DNA from: Trichoplax adhaerens
Taxonomy: Eukaryota > Animalia > Placozoa
Reading direction: 5' to 3'
Assembly (NCBI RefSeq): GCF_000150275.1
Contig: NW_002060969.1
Coordinates: forward strand, 310,001-374,000
Length of the DNA stretch: 64,000 nt
The notes below the pieces were generated by a model that made no database searches, was not told the DNA's origin, and saw only the letters and a list, made by a program, of their open reading frames with translations. Within the stretch, counting starts at the first letter, position 1; each line of letters starts with the position of its first letter. The position numbers and the translations under genes are program-made. Below are positions 34,801 through 48,072 of the stretch, one piece after another.

Positions 34801-35469
34801 ATTAAAAACAGACAGATCAAGCTAAAGATACAATAATGCGGAGCTTAGATAGGACACATCAATGCATTGCAAAATCAATATTTTCCGTGTTCATTCATCA
34901 GGGAAAACGATTACTACTTCTACGTTTCGAAACTTTTGTCAAATACTCAATGCTGTAGCCGAGTACAATATAATTATGGTTTCCGGCCAATAAAAGCTAT
35001 GATATTATGCACAAGGATAACTGGATTCGCAGCAAAATTATTTTCGGCTAGGGATGTATAATAACTAAACGGCATGCGCACCCAAAATATACAGTAGTGA
35101 TAAGAAATGATTGTCAAAAGCGAAATTCTTCACTAAAAGTACGATGTCTAACGTGCTTTAAGCTCGAGACTTAATCTAATAAAATATTTCAAGTTTGTAA
35201 TGTCTAGCAGCTGAATAGTAACTGAAAGAAATGACGGAAGAAACGCACTTTTCTGGTTACGAACCATTTACCTAATGTATAATTCGTATTCTTATTATTA
35301 ATAGCTACTTAAAGTGCAACTGTACAGTAAATTGGAAGTAAAGTCAGACTTGCCTCTTAATGTAAAGATCTTGCAGTCTTTGCCAGATATCAGCAATATC
35401 AGTGTCATGACAGTTCAGTCTCTTTCTTTCTAAGAAGTTGACTGTATTTGTATTAACAACACTTGCCAT
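31852..35469 (-). CDS. PSMD13: 26S proteasome non-ATPase regulatory subunit 13 (Rpn9)
   Basis: Spliced peptides IWQRLQDLYIKRLWHQLT, ISPLSLVEI, DALRFLGCID, FNLGELLVHPILNSL, VEMLVMKAFARGLLEGKINQV, WVRPRVLD; stop at 31852-31854. Two introns use GC donors. Confidence 0.95.
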
Positions 35470-35574
35470 TCCTAAACGGATAATTGATAGACTAAAAATG
35501 TGCTTAAAATTTCCTGTTTGCTAACTTTAAAAGACAAAATTATGTCTATACATTATCATATTGTGCTTAGTTGT

Positions 35575-36960
35575 TACGACTGTACAGTACTATGTACCTT
35601 ACATACTGTACAGTGTACAGTGGTACCATTTTGCAAGTTAGTGCCATAATAACATTAACATTTATAGTTTAGAGAAGTACTGTACAGTACACAGCACTGG
35701 CACTGACTACTGAGTACTGTACACTGTATTACTTTTGTTTAACTACTGTACTGTGCACTGTACAGTACTGTATAGTAATGCATGTTACAGAAGCTGGCGT
35801 GATGTCAGTACAGTAACAAGCAGTGTTGCAAACAATATCCCATAATCAGAATCAGTATCAGAAAAATATCTCAAAAAAACGCTTATCCCACGCACCTACA
35901 GTACTGTACAGTATACTGTACAAGATCGGAGCCCGTTGCATAGCAGCCATAGCTACGATGACTTCTGGGCCATCGTACATAGCGTAGGTTAGGAAACAGT
36001 AGCTGAGCTCGTAATCTTCTGTAGTGATATAGAGAAGTAAAGTAAACAGAACAGCAGTTGATCGGCCTGAGCCCATGGTATAGTAGCTGATCTCGTTGGC
36101 TAGCCTAGTGTATCAGTAATTAACCTATCAATAAAACCCCTTCCTTCATCCTCAACCTGTCTTTATAATCCTTGTGAGTCAAGATATAATGCTACACCAG
36201 GGACTTACCATTTTTTATTTTTACTACATGGGAGCAAAACACCGTATTGTCGACTTACAGTACAGTATCGTGCGGTAGTAAATTCATACTTCACGTCAGG
36301 CCCACTTACTGTACTCAGCTGATGAATTTAGTAAGTCTATGCTATTTACTGTAATTATTATTAAATATAGTATACTGTACTGTATTGTAATCAGTTAGAA
36401 CTTAGAAGATTACTAAAAGGGAGAAAAGTACGCACTACGTGTTTCTTACTGCACATCACTTTACTACTGTACTCATTTCGTCTTTGCGGAGAACGTTATC
36501 GTTAAATAAGCAACTTGAAATTTGGAGCGATGATAGAAACTGTAATATGGTACAATAGGGAAGTGTCCAGCTAACATTATGAAACATTTTTTACATTCTG
36601 GATCCCTCTAATCTACAGTACTTTGTCTATTGAGTTAAGACTACACGAAAGCAAGATTGAAATTTAATTTGATTTAATTAATTTGTTTATGAAAGTTATA
36701 AATTACAGGCGATCCGTTATGCGCAATACGACTCGTATAGTACGCGAAGTATAACAAGCGAGGGGTCTACTAGTTTTTAATAATTCTATATGTAACAGAA
36801 TAAAAAATACTGTACAGTAAAACCAGTGTCATGAACTATAGAAGTACTGTACTATAGTGATTTCTATGCAGGACAGTACTGTTCTGAACAGCGCTTCTAT
36901 TGGACTACGAGAAAACTTACTGTACTGTACTAGTGTAATGTACAGTACAGTGTACTGTAC
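35575..36960. repeat. Scattered (TACTG/CAGTA)n patches in the PSMD13/KIAA2012-like divergent intergenic region
   Basis: Dense patches at ~35580-35920 and ~36920-36960. Confidence 0.75.
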
Positions 36961-37022
36961 TTTTCTTTAAGATAAGATTAATCCATTTTCATTTTGCAGG
37001 TCTAGGTCTGAGTTTGAGTTTA

Positions 37023-37036
37023 GTTACCATGGCAGC
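37023..37036. promoter_or_regulatory. RFX X-box-like element (GTTACCATGGCAGC) at the 5' end of the KIAA2012-like gene
   Basis: One mismatch from GTTRCCATGGYAAC. It overlaps the candidate ATG at 37029. Confidence 0.55.
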
Positions 37037-40000
37037 GGTACGTTCAATGACGCATTCATTTTAAGCGACTTAATTGGAAGAGTACAGACGCGACAATATC
37101 GTTCCAACCTAAGTTGCAGTTTTTGGCGTACTTTACATGTTCATGCCCATTTATTCATACGTTTACTTTTTACAGAGGTTACGATACGCAGTATACGTAA
37201 CACCATTTCAAGATAAAAAATCAGAAGTTACATGACTTTTCTTTGTTCAATTGTAGCCGGCTGTGCATTATACTGTATGTAGCAGTAATGGCAATAGCTT
37301 TCCTAATGTGATAAACATACGTCGTGTTCAACTTTAATAACGTTAATAACGTCATTGTTCTAATACGTATCACCTCAAGAGCACCTAAATGTTATCACCG
37401 CTGGCCAAAGGACTAGGCACTTGGGATGGTCAAGTCGTTATTGATGCAAAAGAGTTAAAAAAAGCAGTAAGTAGCTTTAGTTTTTTCATCATCAATGTAA
37501 TACCTCATTTAATTTGTGAGTACATACAGTCAGTACAGGGTACAATCCAGTAAACTATTAAAATTATACTTATTTTCATGATTCACACACCTTACAGGCA
37601 CACGATGTTTCATTGCCAATTCTGCCTTCATTATTGGCTTCATCAGAACCTACGAGATCGGAACGGGAAATAGCTTCCTATGGAATCTCAAAGCAGTGTT
37701 TAAAAAATGCAGTTGATGATCACATATCATTACCACGAACGTTTGCTACGCGAAAAGGAGCATTGCTGCTTTTTACTGGTCCAGAAGACTTATTAATCGA
37801 TTACAAAAGACCTGAATTTCCGGTTCCGTACACAAAAAATCACAAGGCCCTGCCACGGGTCAATGCGAAAGACATCCGAAAAGTATTACAAACTACCAAT
37901 AAACTGCGAAGCACAGTGCTAGATTTTGGTAACGATATCATTGAGAAGGCAAGCAAAAATACTAATTAATAAATATAATTGTACATAAAGCTGGAGTTGT
38001 GAAAGTGATATAAGAGCATAACTGCATTTACCAGTGGCTACAAAATCGCTATCAATTTTTAAGGAAATTTTGAAAGATACATGTTTTTACTACCTATAAA
38101 GTTATGTATACGAATAACTACCTAATGTAATCTATGTACCATAGATCAGAAGCCCTGAACATCTAATGCTTTATAAAGCTAGTTCCAATATAACATCATA
38201 GTTCGATTAAGTGGATGATACGAAGCCATAATAGATTTCAACGCTGTGTCACATAAATTATCTAAAGGAACGTCCTGCATTAGATTAAATTTGTATCGTG
38301 AACAGAATCAAGACATTTAGGCATAAATTTAGTCGAACGCCCAGTTTATTGTAAAATTTTATCTTTACAATATTAGCAGAAATTGAAACTTACTAGAGGA
38401 GCATCATTCAATTAATTAAGATGTAATATCTGACTCTTCAGTACTGCAATTATTTGACTTCTTAGAACTGTAGATGCTGTCATTATATCAGTATGGTTTT
38501 TACAAGAGATATTAAAATTTGTAACGTAGACTTTCGAGCGATCGTCACAATTGACCAGTAAGACCTCTCCCACCCTTAATAAAAGAAGAAATTTCTTAAA
38601 GTTATTGCCCACATCGGATTGGGATGCAATTGACAAATTTAACTTTCCCGGAATAGATAGTAACTACTACTTAAAGGGCATTCAAAGTCGATTAAGGTAA
38701 GAATGCTAACATCCGTATTTTCGTCATTCCATAAAGATAAAACAAACATCAGATATATTTAATACTAAAAATTATAGAGAATTGACTATTTGGCTTTCAA
38801 ATAATGTTGTTCTGTAATTTATATTAATAAAGTCATCAGAGTAAGATACCTTTAAATGAAAGTGAAAAATCCGCTGATGAAATCATTAACGAGTATCTTA
38901 GCGAAGAGGTATTGGCGTACAACCAATCAAGTTTTGGAAAATTTTCTGAGCAGGACGAAGCTGATGTAGATGTAATTGCTAATAATAGTAGCAGCAAAGA
39001 ACTAGATGAAGTTGCACTTGCTAACGATGTCAATGGTACAACGAGGTTTGGCGCGATTCGATAATTCTAATTCGTTGACTGATATAATTAATTATTAATA
39101 TGATAATTTTATACAAGTAGTAAATTCTATACAAGCAATACAAATGACACTGATATCTCTCACGGAACTTCGACGAGGACAATTTGGCAAAGCGAAAGTT
39201 GTTCTGCAGAAATTCAAGATGAGCGATGTATTGTAAAACCCCATACAGATACTGAACACGATTGGTATTTAGAAGACGAAATTTCAGATAATGATTTGTT
39301 TTCTGCTCCTAACTGTAAGTGAAAGCTAATGCCTATAATAGCGTAAGCACGTTATTTCTAATAATGTAGACATAATGTCTTTTTTTAGTCTTATTCTTAG
39401 GCTATAAACAGATTAAATATTGTAATCGCTTCACTTTTAAGCATTTAATAATAATATAAATTTCAATATGTAAGTAAATACCTGTATGTATATTTTTTGG
39501 GATTATGCCAATAGTAATTCTTATCAGAGGGTCACAACGCGTATGGTCTCCTCCTACAGCAGTTGCGAGACACCAGACGTCATTTTCTCGAACAGCTAGT
39601 AGCAAACTTTCTGGAAATAAAAATTCACACATAAGCGCAAATTTTCGCAAGAACTTACTATCTAACTCTGGTAGCAAGGGAGCTGGTAGCGAAAGATCTC
39701 AACATGATCGAAGACTTACCGATTCTGGGGGCAAGATCAATCACCTATTGAAGTTTGGATCTGATATGAACCAAAAAACTTACAGTAACAATATAAATAA
39801 GCAAATTGTTTTGGAGGAATTTAGATCACGGGAAGTAAACGGCGATGAGACTGAAGGTACACATGATTTAATATCAGAAAATTTCATGAAACAACTTCCG
39901 TTTTACCTAATAATGATAATAATTACTATCAATCTGCTTTAGACAATAAACCCAAAGTTAAGTTGACTGCAAATGATCAAGACGTTAGCGCTAGATCCTC

Positions 40001-42504
40001 TGTTTCGCTTAATTCTGATGACAATGATAAAATATGGGCTAACTCTAAGACCGCTGCTAAATTCGTACCTAGAAATTCTGCTGCATCCAAACAATTAGAT
40101 CAAGAAAGCACTACAAACGTTAATTCGCACAGTGTAACGACAAATCTCGATTCTAAGTTAACTGTGAGTGAAAAGGTACACAAATCCACTCTTCCTGAAT
40201 CAAAAAACAACCTAAATCCTTATCTGATGCGGAGTTTACCGAAAGCAACCAATATAAAACCTAACAATATATCATCCAATGCTGCACTTTTAACTAATGA
40301 TTCGTTTACAGACGATGTCTTAAAACCGTTAGGTAACTCGCAGCTTAATGAGACTGAAATTGACAAAAAGTTAGCGAAGTTAGCAGATATAGGAAGATTG
40401 CGAGCTTCTTCAGTAGCGAACGACCTTTTACTAGATGGCAATGAGGCGTTATCAGAAAATGAGAATTGTGCAGACAAAATTTTTGGTGAAGCACCAACAA
40501 ATGATGTTGAAGTCTTAGATAAAAAAATTAAATTTGTACCTCTGCGTAATGTTAGAGAACGATCAAAGAGCTCTGCCGGTTTTGGTAAGTTTTTATTAGC
40601 TATAAAATCTTTTAAGTGTTTGAGTATTTCCATGATTGGTTACGGAAATCACTATTGATCTTTCCTCGAAGCTAAAATACAAATATCAAATATTCCAGAT
40701 ACGTACAAGAACGAAAATCCAGGTGATAATGATGAAAAGATTTCATTACCACTCTGCCTATAATTCTTGAAAAAAGTTACATGTCGTTATAAGAAGTAAT
40801 CATAAATTTAATTTTAGGAAATGTGCAAGCCGAACACCAAGCGCTTCTTGCAGAAACTGATATAGAATTTCCTAAGACGCAACCTTACGAAATAGACAGG
40901 CCGGATAGTAAATCAAGTCTTTTTAACAATGAAATTCAGTCCTCGCAGGAAGACAGTAAAAGTGATGATAAATTAAACGAATTAAAATCAATTGCTCGAG
41001 ATCTACTCATAAGAAAAGAGACTACGAAGGTATGCGTACTAAGTATTAATTGGATTTTTCTTTGAGCGCAATAATCGTTAACTGTCTGCTCTTTTATGTT
41101 AAATTATTTCCTCGAGCTACAAGTATTGTATTTTTGCTATGCCATTTCTATTAGTCTGCTAAGCTTAAGATAAAAACGAAAAAGCGGCGAAGAAAGAAGG
41201 TTTCCCAAGATGTAAATGAAAGGAAGCAGTCATGGGTCAAAATTGCAGAGTCGATGGAATCTATAGTTTCGTCGAAGGTGATGCAGAATACAACAGTTGC
41301 CTTGAAGACGTCTAGTATAGCTCGAAATTCTATGACCAGCAATGATTCATCAAATAACCAAGACAATGTTAATAATGACAATACGGAAACTATTCCTGTC
41401 GATGTTAGCCTTGAGCCTAACACCAGAGAACCAATCACCTTGGGAGAAGCTCCTTTCGATAAAGTTGAATTTATAGCAGCAATCGAAAGTGACGATGATG
41501 GCGCCTGGAAGGCGTCAAGTCATAGAAGACATACAAACAAAAGGGAAGAGAAAAAATTATCAAAGGAATATGAAAAAATGTTGAAAGAAAGAGAGAAAGA
41601 AAAACAGAAAATGAAAAAGGATGCTGAATTAAGAAGAAAAAGAGGGGATATTAGTAATAGTAAGCCTGAAGATAATGAAGTTTTACAAAATGAAATAAAA
41701 GATCCAATACAAGACGCTGATGCTGAAATTAGGAAGAAGACTAAGGAACAGCGTGAAGCGAAGAGGCTAGCAGATGCAGAGAGGCGGAGATTAGAAGTGC
41801 AGCGAAAACGAGCGGAAAGAAAAGAGCTTGAAGCTAGACAGGCCGAAGAGGAAAAGCGGGTAATAGAGGAGCGCGAAGAAAATGAGCGAATCATGAAAGA
41901 GAAATTAGCAGAAATGCAACGGTTAAAAGACTTAGAAAGACGGCAACGAGAAGAGAAGGAAAAAATGGATGCTGTTATTAAGGAACGGCAGTTGGAGCAA
42001 GAAAGAGAGGCTGAGGCATTAAAACAGAAGTTGGCAGAAGAAGAGATACAGCGATTACTAAGAGCGAGACTTCAGCAGCAGAAGGAAGAAGAATATCTCA
42101 GGAAAGAAATGGAAAATAGAAAACTTCAGGAAGAAGAGCAGCGCATAAAAGAAGCTGAGGAAAAGAACCAAAGAGAGTTAGAAAATAAAATAAGGCAAGT
42201 GCAGGCCGCAAAAAAGCGTGAAAATGAAATGAAGGATCAAGCTAAACGCCGTCTGAAAAGATTAGCTGAGGAAAGACAGAAAGCCGCGGATATAGAGAAG
42301 CAGCGAGCGCTTATTTTAGCTAAACAAGAACAAAACGTAGTTTTGTTCAACGAACTAAAGAAAATAATGTATGGGCAGGGCTTAACGAGAGCATGGTTAT
42401 TTTCATATTTTGTTCATGTCCCGAGACATCTTTGGGAATTACCTATGGGATACAGTAAGGATAAAAGAAAAATTCCGGTCAAATTCAGATCAAGAAAGTT
42501 GTAA
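37029..42504 (+). CDS. KIAA2012: KIAA2012-like protein: conserved N-terminal block, long low-complexity middle, charged helical C-terminus; 5' end uncertain
   Basis: The exon near 37600-37948 has SLPRTFATRKGALLLF...LQTTNKLRSTVLDFG, resembling the remembered KIAA2012 LPKTFSTRKGALILY...LQDLKEAILAYG. The last large exon (to 42504) is E/K/R-rich and ends in LTRAWLFSYF, like the KIAA2012 RPWVYSYF motif. Confidence 0.7.
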
Positions 42505-44460
42505 TTGTACGGATGACTTTTAGATAGTACACCAAGCAAGCCAAATCTTATGTAGAGCTGTGGCTACTATAAAAGTTGAAAGTTATCTAACTATATTAGC
42601 TAGCAATTTTATAATAAGATAAGATTAATGACCTTTGAATGCTATGTGTATGAGCTGAGACTACTGTATTACACTTATATGCTGGTAATTTCTCCAAGTT
42701 GGGTTAAATGGCTTAACTTAAGGTAAGGTCTGTTCTTAAATATCGTTGGTAACTTGGTAATGATATTTTTGTTAGCGAAATCTGTAAGTCAGTAAAAACA
42801 TTGCAATTGATCAGGTTTATAATTTAATATCAAACTAAGCACTAGCAGTAGCAAGGCTGCGAAATTTTACTTCTGTAATTATATCGCAATGATTTATTGT
42901 AAATAAAAAATTCAATTATTTTATTCTTAATTGACGTCCTTCTTGCCAGCCCATCTGCATATTTGTCCTCAAATGCTTTAGGAAACTTGTTAACATATTC
43001 TGTTTAATTTTGTAAGAACTATATCATAAATTTCACCTGTACATTCGAAGGCAATTTTAAAATTTTTTAAATGATTTTATTTATGGTTTTTATATTTATT
43101 ATATCATTAAAAACAACACCACTAAAGTAAGTTTAATGTCAAAAATAATTGCTATCATAAAATTATTGGCTGCTAGATATTCTCCGCAATAAATTTTTAA
43201 TCCGTAAAAATCTACACCAGTAGTCTGTGATATACTCGTAGCCCTTACGACTTTCAGACAGTAAAGGTTCCTGTGGGCATTTTTATACTTTATGCTGGTA
43301 CAGTATACAGACAGCTATCTCAATTTCAAAATTAGAAATCCTACATCGCAGTTTGAAGGTTCTTAAATAAACAGTACCCTTTCTTACGTAAGATTACGAG
43401 TATACTCGTATTAAGTGCTCATATCATATCATTCGATCTTTTAATTTAATTTATCGTGCAATAACCTAAAGACGTTATTGTAATGATTAGTACAGCTTGG
43501 CCTTGTTTCTGCTGGATATTGGCGATTTTCTGGAAATAATACAACTTTTTAAAGTTGCTTACTCCCTAGACATCTTTGCATTAGTGTGAAGCTTTAACAT
43601 CCCACAGCGTGCGTTAACGCAGACATATTTACAATTATAATTTGTGAATAGTGCTTTTCATTATGGAAACATGTGTATGTAGTAGTGTAACGCCAATAAA
43701 GCCTCAGCTGGTAAGGGTAAACATAGTTTAAAAAGAATGCAACATCAGATGGGTCAGTTTTCACTGTATTTGCTATCGTAACTAATCCCTACTATAACTA
43801 GTCTACAGAATTAGTACGATAAGTCAATGACGGATAGGTGTAAATGCTGCACTTTAGCATAAGATCAGTTCTTTTTAGATTTTCTTAGACATATTTATTT
43901 ACATCAAGAGATTTACAGTCCGATATCAAGATGACGTTTGTAATAATATAACATCGTATACAGAATCATCCAAGTACGAAATAATACCGAATGCTACGAA
44001 AAACTTTTCAATAATTCAAGCGCCAATGCTATTATAATTATTAAAAACGAGGACAATCTACTCCTGTCAAAGGACTAAGGTGAGTATTGTTCCACAATGA
44101 TAAAATATCTTTAATAGATTATACTATGCTAAATATAAGTTGCTGAAATGTGTATGTAACTAATTTAAATGACAAGCATCAAACGTCATCAACTTGCCTC
44201 CAAATCTGCTAACTAAAGATACTTAGAACATATTCAAAAATATGGCGTCGTTTTGCAGTATAACGTTAGGCTATCAACGGTAATTGATTTTAACTTATGC
44301 TATTCATTTGTAAATTATAGTTAAAAAACTAATATTAGAAGTTAGCTGATTTGTATTTTGCTAACATGTTACTGTGTGTAATATAAGAACTACTAACATG
44401 AAGTTTATACGTACCAACATTCGGTCACGAACAAAGTACTGAAAAGAAGAAAGTATTTGG

Positions 44461-46012
44461 TTATGACATGTCGGCATTCGTTATAAGAGGAGAAATAAAT
44501 TCCGAATGTTTAATTCCAAAGGAAAATCTTGGAGCGGTTTTCTTAGTCATGTAAACCTATAAACAACACAACATTAGGTTAGGTGATACACGTATAGCTT
44601 CGTGTGCTCAAATTGGTGAGAAAAATTACTGAAATTAATAGCGATTTTTATTTAAAACTATAGATTTTACATTAAGATCACGTCTAAAATCCTTGTAAAA
44701 TCAGTTACATTAATAAGATTTTCATTTAAAATAATAGCTACAAGTACCAATCCATTTTACGGCCGCTTTTAATTCACTTACTTTCTCTGGAGTATACTGC
44801 CCTGGGCCAGGTAAGACCACTGTGTCTTGAGGCATAAAATTTCTTCCACTCATGGAATAAGCAGGATATTTCCTTTTAAATACCTGGGTATCACTGACTC
44901 GATAAGCACCAGGTCCAGGTGTCTGTTAAGTAAGGAACTATTCATTACGATGCTAAAATACCTTATTTTTACCATTAGCATTTAGATTTAACCTGTTCGT
45001 TTGAAGTTGAAATTTTGTTTCTGGCTGAAAGAGAATAGGCGGCCGAGGAGCTCTTTAACGCAATTCTAGATCCTAACAGCGACGGTAAGGTATATGCATT
45101 TGGCGCGGGAGTTGAATTGGTAGATCGGTAGTTAGTACGGCTTCCAAACGAGTAGGCTGCCGGGCGTTTTTCACGCATGGGGGGTACTTTTTCAGGAGAA
45201 TATGCTCCTAAAGTATTGAAAATACTGCAGAGGTTAGTATAGATTAAATAGTAATTCGAATACTGTAGGAAAATACAATATTTAGAATATATACAAAATT
45301 GAACAGCAAAGGTTATTTATAATACTAATCAACAGATCTTATAGCTTATTTTCTAGCACCAAATAGTTAAACATTTTATGTTCAATATGCCCACTGTAAC
45401 AACTTTGATATATCAGATAAATTTATCTCTAAGAGCTGAAAATATTGCCAATACAAAAATTAATATCAAAGACGTTATGTTAGTTATAGGTGTTTTCTAA
45501 CGCTCATAGAATGAAAATTGAAAAATTATTTTTATAATCCATAAGCCATTGAGATATAGGGAAATAAATTATTCCACTTAGTAATTATGTTTATATCTAC
45601 TAATACTATATTATTTCTAATATCAATGTAAGAAAATATTCCTTGCAAATTCCAGATAATGTGACATTATTTAGAGTACAACTCGATCTTTGGGATGATC
45701 TTATAATCTACCTGGCGCTGGCGTTTGAAAAGAAGAAGTAGTATTAATCCTTCCATGTAGAGTAAATGCTGGTGAGCCACTGGGACCGTTTCGCGTCATT
45801 CCTTGTTTTACTACGTATTGAGGACCCGGACTTGAAACGCTTGCAAAACGTAAAGATGAATGACGCATACCTAACGAATAAGCAGGACTCATTTTTCTAG
45901 TACAGTCGTGAGCTTTATAACCGACAGTTCCTGGTAGCATGTATTTTGCTGGGCCAGGCCCGCGATGTCTGGCCGCAACTAGCATTTCATTCCTGGTCTG
46001 AGCATCTGCCAT
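44461..46012 (-). CDS. ODF3: ODF3/SHIPPO1/CIMAP1-family axonemal protein with PGP (STPG) repeats
   Basis: Four exons 46012-45712, 45207-44993, 44922-44782 and 44556-44461. Repeated GPGPAKY, SPGPQY, TPAPGAY, TPAPNAY, TPGPGAY and LPGPGQY motifs alternate with P-x-[YF]-[ST]-[LFM] motifs; ends FSFGIKHSEFISPLITNADMS*. Confidence 0.9.
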
Positions 46013-46148
46013 TTTATGAACAACAACGTCAAGCGATTTTCTGCAGCGGCGAATTGACTGAGTAATGTACTATAGTACTGCTCTACAGACAATTTATAAG
46101 GTTAAGCTATCCTACGCCGAAAGTTTTGTATAATTTAGAGTCAACGCT

Positions 46149-46162
46149 ATCGCCATGGTAAC
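46149..46162. promoter_or_regulatory. RFX X-box (GTTACCATGGCGAT on the minus strand) upstream of ODF3
   Basis: About 140 bp upstream of the ODF3 ATG (46012), a typical position for a ciliary-gene X-box. Confidence 0.65.
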
Positions 46163-46189
46163 CTTTTCTTTTATTCATACAGTTGTGTA

Positions 46190-46290
46190 TCGACTGTACT
46201 GTACTGTACAGTACAATACAGTACAATACGGCACTGTACACAGTACTGTACAGTACAGTACAATATCAATGTACTGTACAGTACTGTAGT
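46190..46290. repeat. (TACTG/CAGTA)n island upstream of ODF3
   Basis: actgtactgtactgtacagtacaatacagtac and similar units. Confidence 0.85.
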
Positions 46291-47302
46291 CAGTGTAGTG
46301 CTCTAATAACTTGACTCAGAGGGGATTGTGGACGTCGGTAAACGCCAACGATAACGTCTGTATTATCCGGTGAAATTATCTGAGTTAGCTGTCGTCGAGG
46401 TGCCTAATAACACGCCTTGGTATTAGCATCTCTCGAGAATCAGCAGTAGAGGGCTTCTAAGAGAAATACCTGAAATATTTCTTTACGAGTCCCTTGTCTG
46501 ATTAGTAATTAATTAGTACTATACACTGATGTCAGTCTCTGGTACAAAGTCTTTTTGATATAAAGTGTTGCAATACTGAGTCATTTATATTACAGTGCAC
46601 TGTATTGTACCGATGGGAAGCACCGTAATGACCACCTAATCTTAATTTTGTATGCTGTACTCTATACAGTACAGTACGCTATGTCATGGACTACTGTACT
46701 AAAAGAATAGTTGGACTGATCACTCCCGCTACAGTACAGTTTTTATAGACTTAAAGTCAAGATTGCAACAAAGCAGTAATGTTGCTTTTTTTTTTACGAT
46801 CCAGCTTTTACTGTCACTGATGTCTGCTCTATAACTACAGTAGGTAGAAAAGTGACTACTGTACTAAATAAGCTTTGGATAAGCAACTTTCATTGACTTT
46901 CCATTATAATGATGAAAAAAGAATAAACATAGAATCTTTATAGAGTTTTCTCTACAGCCATTTTCATTGTTACAATTTCTTATAACGGTTGTTATCGACA
47001 GAGCAAGATTTACCTGCATACGCAAGCGATCCTTAGACACACTATAATGATTGGTATAGAACTGACCACAGTACTAAGAACATTGTACCGCACTGTAGAT
47101 ACTTTACAGTACCTGCTAATCTTTAACTTGGTATGTCCATCACCGTATATTAGTTATCATAATGTGCTTTGTACCATTAACTAATCTTAATATAGCATTT
47201 CATAGCATTTCATCCGTGAATGCATTATTGAAAAGTAGAATTCTAGAAGCATAGCTGTGAATATAGTAGTGCCTAGCTATTACCAGGATATATATAATAT
47301 CG

Positions 47303-47384
47303 AATGGTAATACTATCTGTTAATTATTAACGAATGGGTACATTATCGTAAAACCGCCAGCAAAGCGACGTGAGTTTGTACTAG
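47303..47384 (+). mobile_element. Helitron-like 3' terminus (non-autonomous remnant), copy 2
   Basis: aatggtaatactatctgttaa...cattatcgtaaaaccgccagcaaagcgacgtgagtttgtaCTAG-T, a diverged copy of 14351-14421. Confidence 0.6.
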
Positions 47385-47444
47385 TATTACTTAATCTAGA
47401 AAGTATCAGTCAATTCAAAAATCAAAATCGACCATCTATAACTC

Positions 47445-47950
47445 GTACACTGTACTGTATTACAGTATTATAGTAAAGTGTTAGCACAATATTTTGAGGA
47501 GATGAGATCTAAATATCTGTCGGTACAAGAGTGAACGTACAGTACTGTACTGTACTGTACTGTACTGTACTGTACTGTACTGTACTGTACTGTACAGTAC
47601 TATACTGTATGTACTGTACTGTACAGTACATTGTACAGTACAGTTGTACAGTGTACAGTACACCCGTATGCTACTACTGTATACTGTACTGTACTGTATG
47701 TAGGGAATACAGTACAGTATGTACTGTATTGCAGTAAGCATAGTATGGGCCAGCATTTGCAGAGTGATCCTTTCACGAAACGTGGAGTGTCCCGGCGCCA
47801 AGAAAAGACCAATAGCGGTAAAGTACAGTACTGTACAGTATGTTACGAGTAGTCGAGTACAGATGATGATTGTAGTGTACTGTACAGTGTACAGGGTGTG
47901 TGTACATTACCGTACAGTACACTACAATCATCATCACATACTGTACAGTA
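47445..47950. repeat. Large (TACTG)n/(CAGTA)n pentamer array upstream of ACTR6
   Basis: A perfect run of about 10 TACTG units at ~47542-47595 plus degenerate units. It generates the CTVLY/YSTVQ pseudo-ORFs. Confidence 0.95.
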
Positions 47951-48072
47951 CGCGTAAAAACCATCTAGACTTGTTATCATCCAGAAATAGAAAGGCATCT
48001 TGGAATCAGTACTTTTTCAGTAGTCTATAATAATACTGCTACTGTAAGTGCAGAGTATCTACACTTGTAACA

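Noticed and set aside
40220-41894. Long minus-strand ORFs (40220-40633, 41151-41438, 41520-41894)
   Set aside because: Antisense shadows of the KIAA2012-like exons.
47445-47950. Possible CRISPR-like array
   Set aside because: Eukaryotic DNA with a simple 5-bp tandem repeat and no repeat-spacer structure or cas genes.
47481-48030. Overlapping ORFs rich in CTVLY/YSTVQ (also 4183-4476 and 61770-62076)
   Set aside because: These are translations of the TACTG/CAGTA pentamer, which stays open in many frames; there is no splice or homology support.
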